The translations under genes and the position numbers were made by a program. The notes under the pieces were generated by a model, which made no database searches, was not told the origin of the DNA, and saw only the letters and a program-made list of their open reading frames with translations. Shown here piece by piece: positions 12,233 through 24,349 of a stretch of 64,000 bases of DNA; position 1 is the first letter of the stretch; every line of letters begins with the position of its first letter. This stretch comes from Squalus acanthias (lineage: Eukaryota): positions 133,860,001-133,924,000 of the forward strand of contig CM059432.1 in assembly GCA_030390025.1 (NCBI GenBank), in the 5' to 3' direction.

Positions 12233-12457
12233 CAGTCAGGGTAACAGTTAGAGAACCACAAATGGTCTCAGCGCCCTTGGATTAGGGAGAGGAAAATCAG
12301 CATTCATTCTCCTGATTTCCATCCAGAGTTTTCCACTGGAATATATATTTATGTGGAGGGCTGGTGAGGAAAGGGTCAGTCTCAGTTGTGATCTTCTCCG
12401 TGCTTAAATAGCCTGCTGATACTCTCAAGAATCAAACATGAAGAAAGGTTTCTTGGG

Positions 12458-12571
12458 GAAAAAAGAAAGACTTGCATTTCTGTAGCGCCTTTCACGACCA
12501 CTGGATGTGCCAAAGCGCTTTACAGTCAACAAAGTGCTTTTTGAAGTGTAGTCACTGTTGTGATGTAGGAA
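12458..12571 (-). mobile_element. SacSINE1-like SINE 3' tail
   Basis: AAGAAAGACTTGCATTT...GTGTAGTCACTGTTGTGATGTAGG, matching 10290-10400. Confidence 0.75.
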
Positions 12572-14274
12572 AGCTGCTGGAAGATAACCAACACCCATGG
12601 AACTACACCCCAGCTAACATCAACATCCTCAGCAACAGAAGAAGAGTGAAATGTTGGCGAGGGAAATTAAATACGCAAATTGGGTATATGATATACATTC
12701 TTTGTCATACCCTTTGTTGAGGGCAAGACTTTTAACGTGCAAGTCTCCAAGTATGTAAATCTAAGCGTTTTACTAATTTTGCGCATGAAATCAGTTTGAT
12801 GTCCCAGTTGGATTTTGTACGTCTTAAGAATTTTATTCAATCATTTCTGTATTTTGAACTAGCTGCTGTCTTTGACAGTGTAACATCTGTTACTACTGCC
12901 GAGGTGAGGTTAGATAAAGCTTCAAACAGTCTGACTGGTAGAGGATCAGTTGTATAAGAGAGCATCTCTCCCAACAAAGAGCCCTGTTTTTTTTTCACGA
13001 ATGGCTGCATTATTCTTGTTTTCCTTTTCAGCAGTTCAGTATGACTCACTACGCAGGAAGAAGCGGTTCTTTATGGGCTCCCAGTTGCGAGTGCTGAATG
13101 CAGGGCAATGGGAAACCAAAGCCAGCCTCGTACAGAGGCATTGCGAGCTGTAGCCATTTGTTTGGAACTGAAGATAAGCCAGCAAGATGGAAATTAGTGT
13201 ATATTTTACTTGGAGGAAGGAGCAGGAGGAGGAGGAGGAGGAAAAGAACCTGTAGAATTAATTTATGTTTTCAGCCTGATAGCTCTCATCTGGAGACCCG
13301 AGTTGATTTCAGGTCATTTCATTTCATTCCATACTCTGCGGTGGGATTCACCCCCGTCAGCAGAGCAATCAGTGAAAATCTTCACCCCTTGTACTGCCTT
13401 TTAAAATTATTTAAACTTATTATTGCTATCAGCTGTCGGCAGAGCCTGCTGAAAGCAACAGAAGATTTCATTTAAATGTCATTAATATACCCCCTTAGAC
13501 ACTCACTCTTATTGACGAGACAAGTTTGTGTCAATCACTGATCCCTGGTCCAATTAAGCTCCTACTCCACCTGTACACAATTTATTCAAACTGTTTTGAG
13601 CTGTCCAACTAAGGGAGGGGGGAGACTTTGAGTATTTTAATTAGACGTGATATGCTTCTTGACACCGAGGCCTCACCATACTGCAGGCGTGTTTCAAGGC
13701 AGCTGAATCACTGAGGTTGAGGTTTTGCTGTGCGGTATTAGTAACAGGAGCATGTGGCGATGACATTCTTTTGTCTGCTATTTTAGCAGGCATTAACTTG
13801 TTTATTTTAAGATGGGTAAAAATTTCAGACAAGCATTTGAATGCACTGATATTGCACACTGTGATTTCAAACCAACAGGGTTTATCTTTTGAGACTGCAG
13901 TGGAATTCTTTGCTGAATCAGTCAGTCGCTTTTTCCACACACTTTTCGCCCTTCCTCTTCTGAAGTTGCTGAATCAAGTTGAGGGACGGAGGGGGGGGGG
14001 ACGGTGGATCGACTCTACAGGCAATGGCAAGTTTCCACTACCTTATCTAAGCTGCCATTGTTTATTGTCAGAACCCAATAGGTGTTGCCAAGCTATTTAA
14101 CCATGGGGGGATCACAACTGAGCTGGATTTTGTCTTTGCTCGAATCGACATGTCTGCATTTTCCAGCTGGAGTCACTGGATTGAGATTAAAACCTGAAAC
14201 GATGGGTGATATTTACCCTCCCTACCCAGAGGTGCTAAAGGTAACCGTGGTGCTCAACTGCCACCCTAGCTGTG

Positions 14275-14455
14275 TGGTGTCTTTCTGAAAAGACTTTAAA
14301 CCAAAGCCCCATATACCCACTCAGGTGGGTGTAAAAGATCCCACGGCACTATTTGCATTTCCTACATTGCAACGCTTCATTGGCTGTAAAGTGCTTCGGG
14401 ACATGCTGAGGCCATGACAGGCGCTATATAAGTGCAAATTCTTTATTCTTTCTTT
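14275..14455 (+). mobile_element. Internally deleted SacSINE1-like fragment
   Basis: CTCAGGTGGGTGTAAAAGATCCCACGGCACTATTT core fused to the L2-type tail. Confidence 0.65.
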
Positions 14456-14673
14456 TCTACTTACTACTTTCCTTTCTTTCCATATATATCGCATGCTGTT
14501 ACTTTACAGTAATACATGTGCCTTAGTGTTGTGTTCTTCTTGAAGTAGCTTTTTCTGAACTTTCAGCCAGGTCCAGCTGATTGTAAATCAAACTTGGGAC
14601 TTTCTAGGTCTAAAGCATACCAAAATGAGAAGTCGCACAACACCAGGTTATAGTCCAACAGATTTATTTAATT

Positions 14674-14712
14674 TTACAAGCTTTCGAAGCAGTTCGCTCC
14701 TTCGTCAGGTAA
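14674..14712 (-). ncRNA. Minimal type I hammerhead ribozyme motif (mirror copy)
   Basis: Exact reverse complement of 14847-14885. Confidence 0.75.
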
Positions 14713-14846
14713 GTTAGCAGTGAGAGAATCTCCCAGAATTCACAATTTAAACACAGACAAAATCTATTCACATTTTTCCCTACAACAAAGAATAGATTTT
14801 GTCTGTGTTTAAATTGTGAATTCTGGGAGATTCTCTCACTGCTAAC

Positions 14847-14885
14847 TTACCTGACGAAGGAGCGAACTGCTTCGAAAGCTTGTAA
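14847..14885 (+). ncRNA. Minimal type I hammerhead ribozyme motif
   Basis: UUAC-CUGACGA-A-GGAGC(GAACU)GCUUC-GAAA-GCUU-GUAA: conserved core, stem II, palindromic stem III (AAGCUU), stem I UUAC/GUAA. Confidence 0.75.
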
Positions 14886-15531
14886 AATTAAATAAATCTG
14901 TTGGACTATAACCTGGTGTTGTGCGACTTCTCATTTTTGTCCACCCCAGTCCAACGCCGGCATCTCCACATCATAAAGCATACCAGGAATTGCTTTTCTC
15001 CAGTGAGCCATCAAGGATTCTTGTGTCAGTCAGAACTTAGGAACAGGAGCAGGCCATTCAGCCCCTCGAGCACTTTCTGCCATTCAATGAGATTATGGCT
15101 GATCTGTATCTTAACTCCTGCCACCTGCCTTGGCTCCATATCCCTTTATACCCTTGTCTAGCAAAAATCTATCGATCTCAGATTTAAAATTATTAATTGA
15201 GCTAGCATCTACAGATTTTTGTGGGCAAGAATTCCATGCTTCTACCACCCTTTGTGGGAAGAAGAGTGTCCTAACTTCTCTCCTGAATGGTCTGGCTCTG
15301 ATTTTAAGTTTATATTCCCTTGTCCTAGAGTCCTACACCAGCAGAAAATGTTTCTCTTTATCTACCCTATTAATTACTTTCAAAATCCGAAAAACCTCAA
15401 ACAAATCACCCATTAACCTTTTATATTCCAGGGAATACAAGCCTAGTTTATGTAATCTCTTCTCATAATCTAACTCTTGGAGCCCTGGTTACATTCTGAT
15501 GAATCAATGCTGCACTCCTTCCAAGGACAAT

Positions 15532-16571
15532 GGCCCAGATATTCCGATCGCAGGCCTTCCGCGGGCAGAGGACTGCGATCTGGAAAAATCTGCGCCCTTA
15601 CCTGAGGACTCCCGGGACGCGCACAATTCCGGTGCTGGGCCTCTCCAAACTGCAAGTGTGCAGTGCCCACGTATCCCAGGGGCGCAGGTAGTTCGCAGCG
15701 TCCCTGGGATCATGTGGGCCATGGGGAGCCAATCACAGAAGGGAATCTCCCTTCATACATTTGACAGGAAGACCTGTCAAATATATGAATGGAGATCAAT
15801 GAAAAAACATAGTAAAACTTTAAATAATTTTTTTTTTAAATCACATTTTTAAAATGACTTGAAACATAGAAACATAGAATCAAGGAGCAGGAGTAGGCCA
15901 TTCGGCCCGTCGAGCCTGCTCCACCATTCAATACGATCATGGCTGATCATCCAAATCCAGTACCCTGTCCCCTGCTTTAATCCCCACAGTACACATATCC
16001 CACCCTACCCCCGTAACCCCACGTATTTAATTCCCCCGAACATATCCCATCCTATCCCCATAACCCCACATATTTAATCCCCCCCTAACACTAAGGGTCA
16101 ATTTATCATAGCCAAATCAACCTAACCCGCACATTTTTGGACTTTGAAATTACAATAAATTAACTATTTTAAACAAAAATTAAAATTTTTGAAAAAAATA
16201 ATTAAAGTTTTTTACGGGGCTAAAAATAAACTTACCTTTATTAAAAGTATATTTAAATGATAAATCAGTGAAATTTAAAAAAAAACTTTTTTCAACGCTT
16301 ATCCTGGTAAAAGCAGGCCTTACGCATGCTTTTACCAGGCGTAAGAATTGTAAGGGTTTTCTGCGGGCGGAGGGTCTCCAAAAAGCGGAACTATCCGCCC
16401 GCAGAGGCCCTTCTCCAGGGCAGCCGGAGGATCTGTCAAGTGCTTTCTTGACAGATCGGAAATGCCGGTTTCCAGCGCATGCGCTGTGCATGCCTGAAAC
16501 CAGCATTTCCGATGTCCCTACGGGTGAGTACACAGCACGTACCCACCCGTAGGGATCGGAATATCCGGCCC
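15532..16571. mobile_element. PIF/Harbinger-type MITE (family B)
   Basis: TIRs GGCCCAGATATTCCGATC / GATCGGAATATCCGGCCC, 3-bp TSD AAT inside the CR1; near-identical to 34139-34887. Confidence 0.88.
15865..16143 (-). mobile_element. HE1-like V-SINE (5'-truncated) with CR1-derived tail
   Basis: V-domain-like GGGTCAATTTATCATAGCCAAATCAACCTAACCCGCACATTTTTGGACT plus CR1 3'UTR; TSD TTGAAA; absent from the copy at 34139. Confidence 0.75.
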
Positions 16572-17107
16572 AATATATCCTTTCTAAGGTGCGGTGCCCA
16601 GAACTGTACACAGTACTCTAGATGTGGTCTAAGCAGGGCTTAGTATAGCTGTAGCAAAACTTCTTCCCTTTTATATTCTAGTTCTCTAGTTATAAAGGCT
16701 AACATTCCATTAGTCTTTTCGATTATTTTTTGTACCTGACTACTACATTTTAGTGATCTGTGTACGTGGATCCCTAAATATCTTTGGACCTCCACTCTTC
16801 CCAGCTTTTCACCGTTTAAATCCTTTTTTGATTCAAAATGGATGACCTCACACTTACTTGCATTGAAATCCATCTGCCACAGTTTTGCCCACTCACTTAA
16901 TCTATCAATGTCTCTTTGTAATTTTATGCTCCTGTCTACATTACTTACTATACCACAAATCTTTGTGCCACTGACAAACTTGGATATATGGCTCCCTATT
17001 GTGTTATCTACGTCGTTAATAAATATAGTGAATAGTTGAGGCCCCAGCAAAGATCCTTGTGGGAAACCACTCGTCACTTCCTTCCAATTCAAATACATAC
17101 CCATTAT

Positions 17108-17270
17108 CAATGTTCTTTTTAAGCTGCGCAGCCACGCGGGGCTCTGCAGCTCCCACGCAGCCAGCTGACCGTTTTTTAAACAGGAAAAAACGCACATGGG
17201 CGGTATTTTGAATGGGCCGCACAGCCCCTTAAAGGGGCCGCGCACCCAAAAAAAATTAAAGGGAACATTA
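17108..17270. mobile_element. hAT-type MITE (163 bp)
   Basis: TIRs CAATGTTCTTTT / AAAGGGAACATTA with an exact 8-bp TSD CCCATTAT (17100-17107, 17271-17278). Confidence 0.85.
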
Positions 17271-19579
17271 CCCATTATCCCTACTCTGTCTTTTACTGCC
17301 TAACCAATCTTCTAACCAGGTCAATAATTTGCCTTCAATTAAATGAGCTTTAATTTTAGCTAACAGTCTCTTATATGGAACTTTATCGAATGCCTTCTGG
17401 AAGTCCATATAAACGACATCCATAGACATTCACTGGTCTCCTACTTTATTTGTTTCCTCTAAAAAATCAATTAGATTTGTTAGACATGACCTACCTTTTA
17501 CAAATCCGTGTTGTCTCTCTCTAACCAGCTCAAATTTCTCTCAGTGCTCAGTCACTCTGTCCTTAATTATAGATTCCAATAACTTCCCCACAACAGATGT
17601 TAGACTAACAGGTCTGTAATTTCTGGTTTCTCACTCTCACCTTTCTTAAATAGTGGAGTTACATTTGCAATTTTCCAATCTAAAGGGACAATTCCTGAAT
17701 TGAGAGAGATTATGGCAAAAGCATGTACAATTTCTTCACCTACTTCCTTTAAAACCCTGGGGTGGAAACCATCAGGTCCTGGGGATTTGTCAGTATTTAG
17801 TACCAATTTATTTTTCTAATACTCTTTTCTTGCTTACATTAACTTTAGTGAGTTCCAGTCCTTGATTCATTATTAATTTCCCTGGAATGCCAGAAGTTTA
17901 GCACAGTCAAACTAACCACAGCTAACACAAGGTTGATGAAATTGAAAAATAAAATATAGATTAATAATAAGTGAGGAGCTATTTCATTAATTGCCTCAAC
18001 GAAACACAAAATAATAGATTTCATAAAATTCTTTTCCTTTTTCTGCATCCCTCTGTACACCACCACTATAGTAATTACTACTTTGCTAGTTTCGTAGAGC
18101 AACTGCTATATATTAACATTGTACATAAATCAATATGTTTCATTCAGTGATGTGTCATTTGTAAATCGGGTATTGATGAGGTGTTGACATAAAGCTAATT
18201 AATCTGAAGCCTCACTGTACTATTCATATGTTTCCTTAATTATGTTGTTCATCTTAGTCCCCCAGCATTGGCACACAGTTGCCATTGCATGGATTATGAA
18301 GTGACTTAGCTGTAAGTGTAACTTCCTTACATTAAATAAAAAAGTAAATAAATATTCTTTCAGCCCTATATAGACATCAAAATAATCCTGGAAATACTAA
18401 TAGTCTATTTCAAAGGTGCTTTATTTCTCCTGCATAATCATTCTACATACTCATTAGGGGTACAGTAGTCCATCATTGGTTGATAGATTTGTATGCATAC
18501 AATATATTTTATCCCATATTTTCAGTCTTGGCCCAAACTCATAAATGATTATTCAAAGTTATATTTGTGTTGTTAGGCAGCCAGAATGATATGACAGTGT
18601 ATATGTATTGTGCCCACAGTAATTGTAACAACCATTTCTCGATCATTGCATGATTACATTCATCACACTGGATTGAGAGCGAGAGATTGAAAGCACAAAA
18701 CAGGCTGTTTGTTTTTTATTTTTTAAATATCATGTCAGTCTCATGGGTATGTTTTGACCATAAAAGATGCAATGGGATTCCGATTTAAAAGGGTACTTCC
18801 CATTTTATTTTAAATCCTAGGGTCCTTCTGCGAACTGCCCTCTCGAATCCCATCTAGACTTATACCTCACAAAAAAGTGCCTTGGTTTCAACCATGGTTT
18901 GATAAAGGTTTCAAATAGATGTTCCAGTTCAGGAAAGATGGGCTGATGTGAAAATAAGAGCCTCTCCAGCAGAAGCTTCATCTTGAGGGTGACCATATCT
19001 TCTGCTAGATTCAGGCTCAACACTGCACAGTGGGCACGCAGATCTCGATGCAAACTTCAGGGCCACTGATGATGCTGGAACCTTCCGTTTCCCTTTCTTC
19101 TACTGAGAAGAAACTGGAGCCCAATGTTCTCACTTTACACCAAAAAACAAAGTGAGGAATGCGCGTTTTCCCCCCAAATTAATGGACCACTTATGTGGGA
19201 ATACATGGTTTTGAATTGTGCAACTTTTGAGAAGGCAATTTCGTTAGCAACAACAACAAAAAGAAGCCAATCATAATGCTTCTGCAAGATTGATTCTTTA
19301 ATGTTCTTCAAATAGCTAATGAGCTGCTTAACCAGTATAAACATCAAAAAGTCTGTTCATCCAGCTGAAGAGCATGCAATTTTTGGTGTAAATGGCAGAA
19401 TGACAACTAAAAGAGAAATCCATTTTAATGACAGATTCCTGGAAGCTCAGTAATGATTTAGAGGACCTGGCTGAATGTTCAGAAGAAGTTACTTAAAGAA
19501 GAACACAAAGCTAAGGCACATGCATTACTGTAAAGTAACAGGACGGGATATATAGGAAAAGAAAGGAAAATAGTAATTA

Positions 19580-19850
19580 GAAAAGAAAGAAAGAAGAAAG
19601 TACTTACACTTATACAGCACCTCTCATGACCTCAGGATGCCCTGAAGCGCTTTACAGCCAGTGAAGTACTTTTGAAGTGTAGTCACTGTTGTGATGTAGG
19701 AAACGCGAATAGTGCGGTGGGATCTTTTACGGCCATCTGAGAGGGAAGACGGGGCTTCGGTTTAGCCTTATCAGAAAGACGCCACCACCGACAATGCAGC
19801 ACTCCCTCAGTACTGCACTGAAGTGTCAGCTTAGGTTATGTGCTCAAGTG
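19580..19850 (-). mobile_element. SacSINE1-like SINE, internally deleted
   Basis: Tail and Deu core match 39491-39957 in reverse. Confidence 0.8.
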
Positions 19851-20169
19851 ACCCTACCCCCCTCCCGGCACTCACCTAAGACCACTGCTGGCGAGGCAAG
19901 CAGCCCGAAATTCATTCATGCAAAAGGGCGAGCTGCTTGTGGAGTCGGCAGCTCGCGCAGGTTAATTAGATGAGGCCCAATATCGGGCCAGCCTCGGGCC
20001 TGTATTGCGGCCTTCAGGCCCACAACCAGCTGATGTCAAATTTCTAACCCAATGCATTCCAGCTGGCCAGTCGCAATCCCAGTCCCACCTCTTGTTAACC
20101 CACTCCCTCAAATATCTATCCAATTCTCCCTTAAAAATTTCCTACGCTGGACAGCCTATTCCACATGTT

Positions 20170-21100
20170 CACCTTTCTTCTTGCATCAGCCTTCACTCCT
20201 ATAGACTTTGCTCAGTTACCATTAAGGCAATGTACAATTGCCACCAAAGTTGTGAATGGCAAATTGGATGTCGACATAATCCAGGAAAGAATAAGGGGTC
20301 TCAAATTAGATCAGCTGCTGGTCCTGCCGACATTCACCCGAGGGTGCTCAAAGAAGTGGGAGCTGTGCTCGGCGAGTCCCTTGCTTATATATTTAACAGC
20401 TCACAAGAGTCACCATGGACTGGAAGGAGGCTAATGTACCTATATTTAAAAAGGGCAACAAATCTGAACCAGGAAATTATAAACCCATTAGCTTGACTTC
20501 GGTTATAGGCAAGTTGCTGGAGGGGATCATTAGAGAAATTTTGTATGACCACCTGGACAGAGAAGGAGTCATTAGAGTCTCTCAATACAGCTTCTGGAAA
20601 AAACGTTTATGTCTCACCAACCTAGTTGAATTATTTGCAGGAAATTACTTGGTTGGTAAATGAAGATGCTCAGTTGACATTGTATACTTGGATTTTCTAA
20701 AAGCTTTCCACAAGGTGCCAAGCCATTAGTTACTTTATAAGACGGAGTCCTGTGGGATTGGAGGGCATATCCTGAGTTGGATGAAGAATTGGTTGCATTC
20801 TCGGAGGCCGAAGGTGGTTATTAATGTAATGGTTCTTCATGGGGACTGGTTGCTAGTGGAGTCCGACAGGGGTAGGTGTTAGGACCGTTGCTCTTCACTA
20901 TCTTTATTAATGATCTGGAGGAAGGTGTTGGGGCAACTACCCACAAGTTTGTGGATGACAAAAAGATTTATGCTAGTGTTAGACCTTGGATGAGATGGGG
21001 GGAATGGGCTTGCATCTGGCAGATGAGATTCAATGTAGATAAATGTAGTGTTATGCATGTGGGTGGGGCTAATGCCAAGCCTGTGTATACCATGCAGGGT
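20170..21100 (+). mobile_element. Old degraded CR1 RT fragment
   Basis: GPADIHPRVLKEV, PGNYKPISLTS, LGPLLFTIFINDL, FVDD spread over several frames. Confidence 0.85.
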
Positions 21101-21339
21101 TCCACCCAGTTCAGTCCTAAAATGGTATCGGGGTCCTATTGAAGTCAATGGACCTTGATTTAAATACCTAAATTAGTTGCGTTCTTGCTTCAGGCGGCTG
21201 CCTGGGCTGCCCATTCCAAGGAACCCAACAAAATGGCAACATCTACAACAAAGGTGGGAATGGGATGGTAAATTTTTTGCTGCGATTTTCAAAGTGCTGC
21301 TGCCCTGTTTTCACCGGGTGGGTGCCTCAAACTCTCACT

Positions 21340-21630
21340 TATGGCGTTAAACTCAGCTCGGTGTTGTGAAACTTGATTGGAGGAACTCGAACAAGGAATT
21401 GCAGGAGAGACGGGCAGGAATTTGATGGGTGGCAGCACATTTAAGGACCTTTGAGAGGAAAGGGAGGTCGGAGATGGGTGGTAGTTAGCGAAGACACAGG
21501 GATCGAGGGTGGTTTATTATTTGGAGGAGGAGTGTGATGGTTTTGAAAGGAAGGGGGATAGTGCCTGAGTAAAGAGAACCATTGACAATGTCAGCCAGCA
21601 TGGGGATTAGAAAAGGTTGTTAGTCTCATG
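21340..21630 (-). mobile_element. Degraded L2 internal fragment
   Basis: GAGAGGAAAGGGAGGTCGGAGATGGGTGGTAGTTAGC reads NYHPSPTSLS in reverse, an L2 NYRPISNLP-like motif. Confidence 0.55.
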
Positions 21631-21711
21631 AATGAGATAATATCAGGTTCAATAGTACCCCTTCTCATGTTTGTGCATTGACCAATTTTTCCCTGTAGCA
21701 CTGCAATATTA

Positions 21712-22495
21712 GCCCCAGAAATCCACATAATGGCCCAGAAATTGGAGTTCGATGGTTGCCGCGGGGGTAAGGATCCCCCGCGATATCGCACTCCGCGCCT
21801 GCCTTTATGGTTTTGGCCCACACAAACTTCAGTTCCTGGGCCTCTCCCTGGTGCCGGCGCGCAGTGTGTGCGTGTCCCAGAGGCGCAGTTAGTTCGATGC
21901 GACCTCTGGGATCACGTGAGCCAGTTAGAGCCAATGGCAGCACACCATCTTTCATTCATAGTTTTGACAGGAGAACTGTCAAAGCTATGAATACAACTTG
22001 CCCCCAAAAGAACAGCTAAACCTCAATTAAATTTAAAAAAAAACCATCACATTAATAAAATAACTATGGTTAAATAAATTAACCACTTTAAACAAAAATG
22101 TTAATTTTTGAAAAAATTTAAATTCTTTTTAAAAGTTATAAAAATAAACTTATCTTTCTTTAACGTCTCTAAAAAAGATAAACCTGTTGAAAAAAATTTA
22201 AAATAATACTTAATTAACTACTTACCTTGTTAAAAGGGGGTCTTACGCCTCCTTTCTTCATGTGTAAAATCTTCAACACTTACCTTCGCGTTCAAACCTG
22301 AAAAAAAAACTAAGTGCGCTGCGTGCACACAGCCTGTAGTGCGCATGCGGTTCACTTAGGAACCGCCCCCTTCGCAATATCGGAAGTGCCGGTTTCCCGC
22401 GCATGCGCAGTGCATGCAGGAAACCGGCACTTCGGGACCGAATATGGGTGAGTACACAGTGCGTACTCTCCCGTATTCGGACGAATTTCTGGGCC
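21712..22495. mobile_element. Harbinger-type MITE, diverged family B relative
   Basis: Ends GCCCCAGAAAT / ATTTCTGGGCC; same hairpin order and AT-rich core as 15532, 32435 and 34139. Confidence 0.75.
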
Positions 22496-24349
22496 AATAT
22501 ATTGGTAGATTCAGGATGCATACAGGGCGGGTGAAGACCTTCAATAATGTAAATAGAGAAGGGACCTGGTTACACTGAGCCTCCACCCATTGGAAGTTAC
22601 ATTGGGATTTCGTGTCGGTCTAACGGTGGGTGGTTGTTTTGCCCACGCCTTGTAGCCTGACGTCATCATTAGAGGTCTCCTGTGCCACCAACATGCTGTA
22701 TACGGGCGTACAATATATCAAAGGGCAGAAGTCGGGCCCACAGGACTGTCTCAGGCTGGTTTAAAGACCAGGAAGAGTAGAGAGAACATTGTTTGAGGCA
22801 CCAGGAGAGCGGCCTTCCTCTAAAGGGGTCAATTTATTGAGCAACCTTTATTCTTCAGCCAGACCAGCTGGCTTTGCCCCCAAGATCATCCTTTCACTTC
22901 TACCTTACCTTTTATAGATGTTACAATATATCCCTGGTGAATCAATAACATCCATAACAACTGAACCTGTTTGTGTGCACACTTCCCTCCTTTGACTACA
23001 AGGTTCTTAGTCCAGTGCCTCCTCCTGACCTGCAGATCTAAAGAAGATGCCTGCAGCTCGTTTCCTTCCCCCTCATCTACCCCTTTCTACAGGTCTTCCA
23101 CAGATAGGTGCTTCTCTGTTATTCTCAAGTTCTCTCTCACATAAAAAAAATTGCAGCCCCTCCAAGTTTGTCTTTTCTATCTCTGCAAATTAATCCAACC
23201 CGTGACATTGTTGAACCAGCTATCTGTGATCACAATAATATCATGGCCTCTCTCTCTAGCAAGGGTGTCCGGATCTTCCAGTATTCTTAAGACTCCTGGC
23301 GTTCATACGTAGAACTCTGAGGCATCCGTTTGTCCTATTCCTTAGACTGATTTATTTATTTAGTCATTATTTCCCTATTGGTCATATCTTTGTATTTGGC
23401 ATACTTACCTGCTGGACCATGTCTGCACATGAACAGAATTGGATGTGGGTCCTGTCTGCTAAAGGTCCTTCCTCCTTTCTCCACCTGTCTAAACTCCAGT
23501 CGATTTGGGGTGGTTGCACAATACGCACAACTGCACAAAAGAACAGGCGTATAATGCATATCCCATCATTCCCACTCTAGGGCCTTAGGGGGAGCAGGTG
23601 AATTTAAAATGTAAAAGGCTGATTTTGGTAATGCATTACCGAATCCGGTCTAAAGGCAAAACAAGAATTTTTTTTGAACGTTTCTGAATGTTGTGCCTTG
23701 GTTGTGCCCCTGACCCAGGCCCCTTTCCCGGGGTCAGGGACATTTAAATATTTCAGACACTTCGCTCCACCCCACCTGAAGCACAATAAATGGCCTTGGA
23801 ACCTGCCTGAAATATTTAAATAGGCCTGACCCTGGGAAGTGGGCCTGGGTCTGGGGCACAACCAAGGAGCGGGCAGGGGTCCCACACTGGCGAGGATCCA
23901 CCGCTATTGTGGCAGATGGGAAATCTAGGCCCAAGCAATCTATTCCCTGAATCATAGAATCCTCCCACTAATCGTCTTCTCCCATTCAGGCCCACTCTGT
24001 CTCAGTTTTGAACTCCTGTCCATGCCAAACTAAACATCTCTCAGCAAAAAACTTTCTATCAGCATTTCAGTCAGGTTCTTATATATGATATACTGTATCT
24101 GCAAGCATCTACCTGAAATCTCACCTGATGGTTCACTCAGCTCATTTGGCTACTCTCTCAATTCAAGTTGAACAATCGGCACAATCCAATTAACTTAATT
24201 AACTTTGTAATTAAGCTACTGAATTTTACAACAGTCCAATCAGCACAATCCTCACACAGTTTAAGTTACATCAGGAGACTTACAACAACCATCGCCAGCA
24301 ATTCCTGTTCAGGCTAAGCTTGATTTCTTACCTTCGCTTAGCAAAACTT

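Larger units (their letters stand above)
11430..12665 (+). mobile_element. Old SINE-like repeat split by three later insertions
   Basis: Joining 11430-11505, 11831-11843, 12243-12457 and 12572-12665 gives a sequence colinear with 5040-5345. Confidence 0.5.
14623..14973. mobile_element. Non-autonomous Penelope-like element (inverted pseudo-LTRs)
   Basis: Perfect 148-bp inverted repeat (14622-14769 / 14790-14937), 20-nt spacer, about 36-nt 3' extension, 12-bp TSD TAAAGCATACCA (14611, 14974), hammerhead core in each arm. Confidence 0.85.
15030..17890 (-). mobile_element. Degraded CR1 (RT to 3' end) carrying two MITE insertions
   Basis: KSPGPDGFHPRVLKEV (17600-17806), TSGFPQGSLLGP (16640-17100), 3'UTR near 15040; continuous once 15532-16571 and 17108-17270 are removed. 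Confidence 0.9.

Noticed and set aside
15499..15852. Recurrent ~110-aa ORF also seen at 34137-34466
   Set aside because: Chance open frame in the GC-rich part of near-identical MITE copies; not preserved in the diverged copies.
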